Of a stretch of DNA of 64,000 nt, positions 12,401 through 23,700 are shown piece after piece (within the stretch, counting starts at the first letter, position 1; each line of letters starts with the position of its first letter). The notes beneath the pieces are model-generated. The model did not search any database. It was not told the origin of the DNA and was given only the letters and a program-made list of their open reading frames with translations. Both the position numbers and the translations under genes were made by a program. This DNA is from Ascidiella aspersa (lineage: Eukaryota), in NCBI GenBank assembly GCA_963924565.1, contig OZ004614.1, positions 558,001-622,000 on the forward strand. The letters run 5' to 3'.

Positions 12401-15400
12401 GGGCATCAAGGCGTTACGTAAAATCCAATAATTCAAAGCGAGGTGGGATTCGAACCAACAACCCCGACCCTAAGGCGCTTTCTGTTCGTCAAAGAACTGT
12501 TTCGGTTAACACTAAAAGCATTAGTTGGACTTCTGGTAAATTACACGCGTATGTGTATCCATGCCAATAACCAGTGTTCCATCTAAGAAAAATTTTACTG
12601 CGCCAATATTTTATAACGTACTTTAACGGATTGGTTACTCGTCCGCAGCCAACGCCAGCGACCCGACGAACTGCTCCTCACAGGCTGGAAGCTTCGTGGC
12701 AGCTTTCGGGGTTTTCTGCGCTCTTTTCATCATTTGCATCCCGGTCATCATTCTGCTCGCCATCCAACTGAGGAAGTACAAAGCAATGAGCGCTCAGCAC
12801 ANNNNNNNNNNNNNNNNNNNNNNNNNNNNNNNNNNNNNNNNNNNNNNNNNNNNNNNNNNNNNNNNNNNNNNNNNNNNNNNNNNNNNNNNNNNNNNNNNNN
12901 NNNNNNNNNNNNNNNNNNNNNNNNNNNNNNNNNNNNNNNGACTTATAATTGACTTGATATATGACTTCACTTGAACTTGGATATTTTACAAATGGCTTGA
13001 CTTGGACTTAAGTTAAATTAGACTTTAGTTACTTCAACATTTTTAAAACACTGGTGATAAGTAAATGTCTTATTCTAGCTGGGAAGTTTCGAACCAGCTA
13101 TTACTTCCAGTGTTAACAAACTTGTATGTTGGCAGATGAACCAGTCGTTCGGGAAGAAGTACGATGGATTCAACTTCGCAAACTCGGCATTCTCGGAGGA
13201 CGCTGGGTCATTTAGAAGCTCCCTGAGGACTCCTGTGGAGGGAAGTGGGAAGATTCTGTCCTCCTCCATAGAGAGGATCGGTCACATGATAAAAGCTCCA
13301 ACTGTGGATGATGAAGTCCCGCACATCGCCCCTCTGCACTCTGTTAAAAGTGGGTGAATGTGGGGTAACTGTGGGTCAAAAGTGGCGAAACTGAGGTTAC
13401 TGTGGGTCAAAAGTGGGTGAAAGTGGGGTTACTGTGGATCAAAAGTGGGTGAAACTTCGGTAACTGTGGGTCAAAGATGGGTGAATGTGGGGTAACTGTG
13501 GGTCATAAGTGGTGAAACTGAGGTTACTGTGGGTCAAAAGTGGGTAAACTGAAGTTACTGTGGGTCAAAAGTGGGTGAAAGTGGGGTAAGTGTGGATCAA
13601 AAGGGGGTAAAACTGAGGTAACTGTGGGTGAAAGTGGGGTAACTGTGGGTCAAAAGTGGGTGAAAGTGGGGTAACTGTGGGTCATAATTGGGTGAAACTG
13701 GGGTAACTGTGGGTCAAAAGTGGTAAAACTGGGGTAACTGTGGGTGAAAGTGGGGTAACTCTGGGTCAAAAGTGGATGAATGTGGGGTAACTGTGGGTCA
13801 AAATGGTTGTTTTATGAAGACCTAAGTCTTACACCATTTTTTAAGAAAGTTAGCCAACTCGGTTCTAATTAGACAGTTTTATTGCAAATGTATAAACGGA
13901 CGACAAATTACTTAATCCAGTAAACAAAGTTTTTATTTCACTAAAATGCAATCAACAACTTTTCAACAAAAGAGTTCGGTAGGACCAGCCTGATCCTGTT
14001 TTTACTTTTAGTTGATTTAAAGAAACTACTTGGCAATTTACAAACTTACATATTATATACCTTTATTACACAACTTTTTGCCCCAGAACCAAAGACCCAG
14101 GTTAAGAAGGAAGACCCCCCAAGTATTGTCCCCTATGGGTCTGACACCCCCACCCATCTGCAGGAATGGAACAACGTTGTCATGGAGGTAAGGGGCAGTT
14201 CATGGTTAAATAGTAGTTTTAACAAATTAAATCGTTTATAGATATAAATATTTTGTGAATAAAATGAACTCGTTTTTTTAAACAAGGTAATTGCATTAAG
14301 AAGACACAAAAAAGTATTTAAATTATATTTTTTATATTAACTGTAATTTTAAAAAAAAGTTAAAACCTTTTTAGATAATTCAGCCAATTGCTTAAAAAAA
14401 TATAATAAATTGAGTACAAAGTAGTTTTTTTTTAATAATAACTCGTAGTGTGAATCTACTCATATTCCAGCACTCACTGAGCTTCGATCAGATCCGAGTT
14501 GAGAATTGGTTGAGCGAGCACGAGTTCAGAAAATGTGGGGTTGGGGAGGTCAATCTGGGGAACCCCCGACCTTGCTTCGTCAAAATAATTACAGGTGAGT
14601 AAAAACGACAAAGTTGCCCGACATTTTAAATTTTATTCCGGTAAATGATGTTTAAAATTGTGGCAGACCTTAAAAATAATATATTTTTTGTTTATTTATT
14701 TTAGTATATTTAGTGTTACAAATAAGTATGTAGGCCAGGGTTTCCATTTCCTAAAAAAGCGAAATCCAAGATACAACCATGACAGATTAAATAATCACCT
14801 GTTGGGTAATAATGTACTATTTGTGTTCATTTAGCTTGTATCTAATAAACACCAACCGTCTCATTCTAACTTTCTACCTAATTGGAATGCTTGAGGTAAA
14901 ATGTTTTTAACAGACACAAAATGGAACGTTAGAATTCCTGGCATGTTCTGAAAACTCTGAAAGTATGACAACTGTAATGTAGGCTCTCATGTGAGGCTTG
15001 GAAGTATACATTCCATTAAATAACAGACACCAATATGGTGTTTACTTAATACATTTCCGTGTAAGGGTAATTGTTAAATTATAAAGTTTACAGTAAGTGT
15101 GGCGTGGATTCATGTTGATTTTAGTTTACCACTGGCTGAAAACGTCGCAGAACCACTGATTTAAAGCTTCCAACATTGTTCTTGTTTGCTGAGCTTGATT
15201 CTTGCTTTAGGTAAATACCCTGATAAGCAGGCCATGTCTGACGACGTCTCAGCCATGAACCAGGTGCTCCACTACGCCACCTGCCGGAACCCAAACATCG
15301 TCAAGTTTTACGGATCGTGTGTCCGCAGAGGTGAGCTGATTGATTCCAAGCAATACAATCTAATGTAGTTGGGTACATCACTATGCACCGGAATGTAACT

Positions 15401-18400
15401 TGATAGTGAATGTCAAAGCCAAAGAGGTCGAGTATATTGACCTCATCTTGATAACGACGTTTTAATACGAACTTGTATCGTCATCAGTTGAAAAAATATT
15501 TCCGATGTAAATGTTTATTTTCCGTATTAACTGACAAAATGATACAAATGCGGGCATAGCAATAGTAATCAAAAAGTAGCTTATCTTGTAATTGTAATTC
15601 TTAACCAACGTTTTGGCAACCTTTCCAAGTCCTGAAGCTATGAAGGCGGTTAACAGTAAACATTACCAGAGGAGCTGTTTTTGAATATTATTTACCCACT
15701 TTGTTAGACAATTTTTCCAGTAGCAAAATACAACACGATTTCAGTTTGCTACGGGTGTTAATTTCGACATTTCGCTAACCCTCCTTTCAACCACAGAATG
15801 TCTTTACATCGTGAACGAGTTCGTTCCATCTCGAAGTCTCAGAAAGGTTTTAATCAGCAGCAGAATGCTCGAACATTCCGCGGTTATTTCAAGTTTATCA
15901 GGGTCACAACTGCTCAACTTTGTTATCGGTAAGTCTTCTTTAACCTTCTAACATAAAAGGTGTTTAATTAAACTGCATACACAGTATTACACATAGGCTA
16001 CGCATCAATTGTAAAATTGTTCTTCCGCCAATATTTATATTAATAAATGTCGACGTTTCGATGACCTATACAGGAAATCCTTATCAGGATCAACTGGGCG
16101 AAAAATGTATATAGTTGCAATAATATTGCCATGATGAAGATTTTAATAGGTTATCTAAATGTCGAAACATTTAATAAAAAAAAGTATATTCAGTAATTTT
16201 GTACAAAACTAAATGGTGTGTGAACTTTTTTCTTTAAAAGACCAAAAAGCAATAATTCCGTAACTATTTCATAAGCCTCGAGAAAAACATTATTTAAATT
16301 CTGTCCACTTTTTAAAGTAAATCGCAAGAATCACTTCGTTTTTTCGTAGACATAGCCGAGGGCCTTTCCTATCTCCATGACAACGACGTGCTCCACGCAT
16401 GCTTGTGCGCAGGTCACGTGCGCATCACTGATTCGCTGACCGCCAAACTGACCGAATGCTGCAGTGAGACCTCGCAGCGGTACAAACTGGTGGGTGCTTT
16501 GGACGCCATCTTTAGTCTGTTTAAATTAAATTGATTGATAGCAACTGGTAAATATTTGTTGGGCCAGAGAGTTGTGGATTGCGTTATTTTTTACTGGTGT
16601 CTTTTTACTGAAGATAATTGTCATTTATGTCCAGACTTTTGACAAAAACCCTTGTCTACTTATTTTACCAGTGGAGCCAAAATTAATGGATTACAAAGAT
16701 AAAAAAGGAAAAGAATGGGTGATCTTAAAATAACCCTTTGAAAACATTGAGCATTCTGCGAAGATAACTTTAAGATTTAATTTTTTCACTTAAAGCAACA
16801 TTTGTCGAAGGATATTCGGGTTTTAATTTTAAATCCTGTTGGATTGGGATTAATATTTGTATCGGCTTTACTCCTGACCTGGTCGCATTTACGAATAAAA
16901 TCGACGTTTTATGCAGAAAAGTAAGAGATGGCTCGCACCTGAAGTTGCCGCTAAGCAACCTTACTCAAACAAGGCTGACGTGTAAGTTTACGTGTGAAAA
17001 TAAAATGAAAAATAAAACAAAATAATTATTAGAATTTTGAGAATTATTTTTAATAATTGTTTTTTTTAAATAATTTTTAAATTTTAAACTTAATCGGTGG
17101 GTTAACTTAAAAATTAAAAAAATAATTGTCTGTAGGTTTTAGTCATTTTAAAATCACCCATAACGTTAATTTTCAAACATCACAACTAACCTAGAAATGA
17201 TTTACATTTTGTTCATGATAAAAGTCATATAACTTGAAAGTGCGTGTTTTCATATATTTCAGATGGTCGTACGGAATTCTGGTCTGGGAAGTTCTCTCGC
17301 TAGGTGGCACACCTTTCGATGACGTCAGTGAAACCATGGTTACCGATTATGTAGAACGGCAGCTGGAGACCGGGAGTTCGGTGTTGCCCGTGACCAGGTG
17401 AAAGGGATCACGAAAATCTTTATTATGATCACTAAAATTATGTTATGATCTCCTTAAAACCTATCATGATCATTAAACCTTATAATGATCGCGAAATTTA
17501 ATCATGATCATGAAAACTAATCACAATCACGAAAAACGAATCATGATCACTAAACTTTAAACGAAGCACATTTTGTATAAAGTAGCACAATACTAGATTG
17601 AGTAAAAACTTAATAAAGTCAGAAAAAACACACCCACACCACAACGTAAAAAATTTCTGACCAATTTAGTCCCTGAGAAAAGTTCATAGAAACGAAACTT
17701 TGACGTTTAAACTTGCTTCGCTTTTGAAATTGTGAATTTCTATGTTCACAAAAACACGACCAAGAGGCTTTGGATCACTAAAGTAATTATGGTCACTTAA
17801 TCTAATCCTAAGCGCAAACCCCCCCCAAAAACATTATAATTATTTTTTTAGAAACACGACCAAGAGGTTTTGGATGATGCTTCAGCGATGTTGGGCAAAA
17901 GAAGCTCACCAGCGCCCACTGATGGAGGATATTAAGAGCTTGTTGTCGAACATGAAAGCTTCGTCGGTGAGAAAAGTGGGGAGCGGGGTGTATGGGGACC
18001 TCGCAATAACATGTGGATTGTTTTTTCTATTTAAAAACTTCTTTTTTCTTCCTAAAAAAAGGATTGGCTTAAAATTTGCTCAAGCTAAAATAGAAAAAGT
18101 ATTTAAGTTTTTTTATTCACCTAAAAAATATTTGAATGATTATGAGTAAAAATTTTGTTTTGTAGTTATTTTTTTCTGTACTCAAATAATAATAAACATC
18201 ATTTTCATTTCGACCGAAAACATAAAACGCAACAATAAAATATTTTTTTGGAAGCGGTTGCAAATTCCCAGGGCGGAAGTTCGAATTCCATCATAGCTTT
18301 AATAAGGAATAGTGAGATTTCTTTCATACAACAATAAAAAAAAAGAAACAAAAAATTCATGTATTGTTTTATAGGAACTTAAAATGGATTTTTTTATTTT

Positions 18401-18495
18401 GTTTAATTTGTTTTCAATTTTTTTATCAGCAGAATGCGATCACGGTTGCGAAGGCGCCAGGATACCATTTCTTTCCCGCCTCAACAATCCAATAA
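3406..18495 (+). CDS. Cadherin-related (CDHR5/PCDH15-like ectodomain) single-pass receptor with a tyrosine-kinase-like pseudokinase domain, ~970 aa, 22 exons
   Basis: Phase-consistent exons: 3406-3484, 4051-4135, 6627-6807, 7249-7410, 8013-8102, 8669-8854, 9193-9303, 10025-10234, 10700-10821, 11177-11399, 11727-11823, 12649-(gap at 12802), 13136-13349, 14087-14187, 14471-14594, 15211-15330, 15797-15928, 16350-16489, 16917-16981, 17263-17397, 17852-17966, 18430-18495. Signal peptide MPSAGIHTYLVSIYIAIITTHCLA. Cadherin motifs LDRD, DVNDNEP, ATDRD, LDFE, DGDDHPP, AFDPD, IDED. TM segment FVAAFGVFCALFIICIPVIILLAI. Kinase-fold motifs [47 protein letters not shown]. Confidence 0.88.
5643..6021 (+). 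mobile_element. Internally deleted hAT (Charlie/Buster, ZBED8/FAM200-type) transposon with a transposase C-terminal remnant
   Basis: Perfect 8-bp TSD CTTTAAAC (5635-5642, 6022-6029); 3' TIR GGTTGGGAACCCCTG; frameshifted peptide AFWAKLSNSYP..LLPFPSTYRCECGFSTMLLLKTNQRSVLDV matches the hAT dimerisation domain. Confidence 0.85.
8470..8560. repeat. Dispersed ~90-bp repeat family (GGCTGGAGGTTGTAG..AATATCAAAGCCCATACAGAAGTAGG..TTGAACGTTT)
   Basis: Further copies at ~26253-26475, ~28354-28500, 41256-41670, ~44090-44170 and ~59865-60060; several occur as inverted pairs. Confidence 0.8.
12045..12090 (+). ncRNA. Minimal Penelope-type hammerhead ribozyme motif
   Basis: CTGATGA (12049-55), extra A, GATG..CGTC stem II, GAAA (12077-80), CG, TC. 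Stem I is short (ATC/GAT). Confidence 0.5.
12802..12939. other. Assembly gap (138 N) interrupting the TM/juxtamembrane exon of gene 1
   Basis: Run of N. Confidence 1.
13346..13802 (+). repeat. G-rich minisatellite, ~33-bp unit AAAAGTGGGTGAAAGTGGGGTAACTGTGGGTC
   Basis: About 14 tandem degenerate copies are visible. Confidence 0.95.
17405..17555. repeat. Degenerate ~20-bp tandem repeat (ATCATGATCACGAAAA-like)
   Basis: Periodic ATGATCA motifs immediately after a splice donor. Confidence 0.7.
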
Positions 18496-20772
18496 ACGTC
18501 ACAATGAGTGGAAATATTCATCCGCGCAACAGCGACATCCAGCGATTAAATATAAAGCGTGGGAAAAAAGAACGAAATTCCACAACTTTACAAAAATAAA
18601 TAAACAAAGATTTAGAAGTGCTTTTCGTATTCAGTTTCTTACGCGACAAACTGACGTTTTCCAAAATGGCCTTTATTGTTATTACGCGTCCTATAGCGTC
18701 GGCCGGATCGGTTGAACCTGTTTAAAGTTAGAACAAAACATCAAGTTAAACTGATTTACCACCACGTCCTGTCTAAAATAAAAACAAAAGTGATCTCGTT
18801 TTATTTCAGCTTTATAAAGCTTTGTTTTATTCGATCTTAAAGTTAGTTATTTGCAGCGTTAGTTGTTTTTTTGCGGCTTCTACATGGAATTTTAGGATAA
18901 AATGAACTGCTAAAAAACAAACAAATTCAAATTTAATTTTCCGAACTTTGTTAGTTTCAATTACAAAACCAAGGTGTGCTTTTAGGTATGTTAGTTGTGA
19001 TGTATTATTCTTTGCAAATTTTACTTTGTTGTCGTATTTGCTCGTATTTTATTCGTAAAATAGAAAAAAATTACCAACTTCTAAAGTATTGAAACTAAGA
19101 TCTCTTATAAGATTCGTAAAGCTCGAAAGTAAAGGACACGAGGAAAGTCGGAAAGTGTTAAAAATAGCAACTTTCGCATTTAAGCAATCTATGCAGAGAT
19201 TAAGATTTAGGAAATGACGCAATTTAAGGTCAAATCAATCTCAAGATTATTTTAGAAAAGTATGAAAATATTAATTAATGTAAATTAATTTATTTCTTCT
19301 TTATATATAAAATAGATTTAAATATTGAACGTTTATAATTTACCTAAAATTAGTTTTATTAAAAGACCTAAAGTGGCTAGCGTTTGACCTAGATAGATAG
19401 CCAAGTGACAATCATTAACGGAAAACATATTTTTGCGCAAAAGAAGTTATTTACGGCTACCGAATGTTTTTTTTAGCACTTTATAATATAATAGCGTGAA
19501 TTTAAAGCGAAGTTTTTTTTGATTTCATTGTTAGGCTATAAAAACACACTTTTTTGCTTCATATCGAACAGTTATAATTACTTTTTGATGTTCAAGTTCA
19601 TAATTTAGCTGAAATTAGTTCACCTGTGGTATTTGGCCTAAAATACAAAGAGTTTCATTCATTAATGTAAAAAAGTTTGCTTTATTGCGAAGTTAAAATG
19701 GTCACTTGCTTTATTGCGAAGTTGGAAATAAATAAACTTAAAATAACTTCAAAGATATTTCATTAATATAAACAAATATATTTCTCTTCAAGCTGAATAT
19801 AATAGTGAGCCTACAGGTTTTCATATTGAAGTTGAAAAATATGCTATAATTTGGTAAAAACAAAACATTGGTGTTTTCCATCTAGCCACACCTTGTAATA
19901 AAAATGATCGGCAATTATTACGGGGAAGCGAGAAGCTTGTAATAAACAATTGAGTGATATCCTGTTGTAGCGAATATCGTGGTAGAACTTGTACAACTGC
20001 TGAAGGCGTCACACTTACGTGGCTTGCAGCCCTCGGGCCATTTGTACCAACTCTCGTGGTAACAGACTCGTCATAACTTGGTTGGGAAGCAATTTGTTAA
20101 GGTTAGCTGCTTGCAAGCAATAAGTGGATTTTTTAAGTTTGTTAAACCTTTGTATTTGTGGCATACATAGTTTAGCCAAACGAACATTTCTTAACTGTTT
20201 TTAGAAATACCTGCAAAGTGTTGTTGTAGTAACCTAACAAAATTTGGAAGATTTAAATACCAGGTTTGGTAGAATTAACGAATTAAGCCGAAAGCGGTTT
20301 TATTGGCTTTTTTTGAAGAATATGTGAACGCTACTGCTGCGGCACTTTGCGCAATGTTATCAAATTTAAATGTTGCACAAATTTTATTTAACTTTAGTTT
20401 TAATTGAATCAAAGGATAAGGGCGATACTATATATAGACTTTGTGATGAAAATTTTAAAAGTAAGTTTTAGTTGTCACAGCTTGAAGATTTCATTTTAAC
20501 ATCAGTGGATTTTGTCTTTTAAAAAGTTGAGATACAACTATTATGCTACGCCACTATTCAAGGTGTTCTTACCAAGCATCCGATTCATAACCAAATATAA
20601 TAGATTCAGGAAAAAACGAAGATGTTAGAAAACCATAAAATGGCTAAATTTGAAACTAATCTTGCGAGTTTTAACTAATAAACAACATTTTGCGATTTTC
20701 TTCCAGAATTTGTGGCTTTAAATTAAAAAACAATAAGAAACCTCTCGGCCGACTTTTGCATCCAAATCTACA

Positions 20773-23700
20773 ATGGCTGGCTTGATCCATCAACGAAGTA
20801 TTTCAGGGACAGTCCCGGGATCGCTTGGCAGAAGGCCGGACTATCAGGTAAAATCACAAAAAGTGGGCTTAATATAAGTGGTTTATAGATTGCCTTGTGT
20901 TTTTAATTATTATAAACTGTCTATAATTAACTTAATAGGTTAAATGGTATCATCGATATTTTCTTAGGCTATAGCTTCTACTTTTTTATTTATGTGTGAA
21001 TTATTATGTGACCTAAACGTTAATTTTAAAGATTCGTTGTTAATTTAACTTAATTTTTTTAATTCATCGGGTTACAGTTCACGAAGATTGGTAAAATTTC
21101 AATTTTTAAAAAAGGTAGCGTTCTAATAAAAGAACTTAAAAGTTAGTTTGGCTTATACTCAAAATCTTGTTAAATTGTTAAATTAACTCAATCTTCAAGA
21201 TTTAAATATCTAGGATTTAAGTTGAAATTTGAATATATCCAAGAAAAGCTACAGGTGACCTCATAAGCTTTTCACACATTATACGGGTATTCCTCTCCAG
21301 GTCTTCAAGTCCAACACTCACAACAACTTGATCTTGAACGGACTCAATGACCTACGTCAAGACAAAATCCTCTGTGACGTCACACTGGTCGCGCAGGAGC
21401 AGCCGTTCCACGCGCACAAGAACGTGTTGGCTTCTTGCAGTCCTTACCTCAGGAATCTATTCAACAGCGACGAGGGAATCAAAATTGAACATGAGGTAAA
21501 TTCAAACTTTAGCATTAAAAGCGCTTTTTAAGATTCCTGAAATATTTAGTTTTCGAAATACATTCATTTTAGCACATTTCGGGTGAATTTTAAAATTGTT
21601 CGTTCAAATGTTAATTTATCTATGTTTTCTCTTCACCTCGTACTAAACTGTTTTTTCTTTTAAGTTTCTTAATGGTATTTTCGGGTTGTTTTATTTAACA
21701 GGGTGATTTGGTAACTTTATGGGGGTAATTTTGATATAAGATGCTGCCTTTGACCACATATAAGTATAAAATTGCATTTTCTTTAGATTGTTTACATTTT
21801 AAGTGCAAATATTATTTTTACACAACGAATTGATTTAATCGCGTTAAGCTTACGGCCCTATACAGAGTCTTAGCCCCACAAACATAGTATTGACGTCATT
21901 TGAAGCATAGTGATGCCGTCATACTAGGCATAGTGATGACGTCATACTAGGCATAGTGATGACGTCATATGGTATGGGATTCGTTGCCGAAACTTTAACT
22001 TAAAATATCAAGTATTAGTGTCGGGTTTAAATGACAAGGACCGGGCATACCTAGGTACACCTCTCCCAGCTAATGACACAAAGAAACGTACAATGCTGTT
22101 CTAGCATTAGTTGCACTTACATCAGATGTACGGCCCTAACCATAGTCTTAGTCTTTACAAACCTCCAACCAGCTAATGTTCAGCTTGTTGAGAACCAATG
22201 GTTGACTGTTGGTTTATATTCTATAACAACATTATGTTTCAGGTTGTTGAGATCCGAGGAGTGAACGCGGAAGGCTTGCGTCACGTGTTGGGATTCATCT
22301 ACACTTCGGAGCTCCAACTGAGCATGAAGAATGTGAAGTGTGTGCTTTCTGCGGCTGGACACATGCAACTCAAACCTATACTTAACTTCTGCAAGGTTTG
22401 TGGGTGTTCAACTTAAAATTAAATGTATCACAATTTTCACATTCGTCGTTTTTTTATTTCTTAAAACTTTTACATGGACATTACCCAATCCTTAACTTGT
22501 CTTTTGCAATAATCTGATATTATTTAAACTGTTTTCAAGTTTTCTTAAAATCCTTGACAAATTCGCGATATTTGTTCTCAACTTTTACGCCCATACATTG
22601 CAGGCGTTCCTTATCTCGGAGATATCTGTATACAACTGCGTGGACATCATCCACATCGCTGAGAGCTACCAGCTTAACGGGGTCGAGGATAAATCGTACA
22701 GCTTCATCGCTGAACATCTGAACGAACTTGTCAAAACTGAGGAGATACAGGTTAGCAGCTGTGGGGCACGGGTTTAATTGTTGAACTCCTGACTCTCGTT
22801 TTAAACTTTTATACTGAAGGTGCAAGTAGGTGTATGCATATTAGGTTTTATTTATCGGACTGATCTACCTTAAATCAAGTTCTGGCAACCTTTGTTCTGG
22901 CAAAGTTAATTTGAGATTTCAAGATTTTTGACTTGACTGCGCTTTAATATTTTAAATTAAACTTGAATTATCAAACTTTCAAATTAAACATGAATTATCA
23001 CTTTCTTCTTTGTAGAAACTCACAGTTGACAACATGACGTTGCTACTCGACTCTTACTCACTGAAGAACGTTTCCGAACTCGAACTCTTCGAAGCGAGTA
23101 GACAATGGTTGCTCTACAAATCTGACAGGTTGGTTGTGCGGCAAGCATGTACCGTAGTTAAGAAACATTTGCAGACAAAAATACTTATGAAGTGCTAAAA
23201 CCAGAGCAGGACATTTTCTTTCGATTCAGCAAAAAAAGTTAAAAGTTCTTTTGCTAAAAATCGCAAACTATATGGAACTTTTTATTTTCTGCCACAATTT
23301 TTTTACTTTTTACAAATTTGCCAGAAACTAGTCGATTTAATTGTATTTGCAGTGAAATACCCGTTTATATGTTCGTAAACCAGTCAAAGTTTCGAAAGTT
23401 ACTGATGCAAAATACTAATATCGCTTCTAATCCCAGTAAATATTCTTGGTTTACTTGGTTCTCAATAAGATGGACGCGAATTCCAGAGGACGTGGGTTCG
23501 AATCTCACCAAAGTAGAAAAAGATTTGTCGAGTTCAATATTGCGAGAACATGATATCGGAAATAAAAATTTTTGCTTATCTTTCGTTTTTGCATTTTGTT
23601 TTCTATACTTATTCTCTTCTCCCGTTTTAGTTTCATGAGCGAACCCATCAATTTTTGTACATTAGCTATAATCAGGTTTATCAAACCGTGCTTATTTCTA

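Noticed and set aside
13346-13802. CRISPR-like array
   Set aside because: Eukaryotic context, no unique spacers and no cas genes; it is a minisatellite.
3406-18495. Calling gene 1 RET or Cad96Ca
   Set aside because: No RET cysteine-rich domain, catalytic motifs are lost, and the ectodomain looks CDHR5/PCDH15-like; no symbol assigned.
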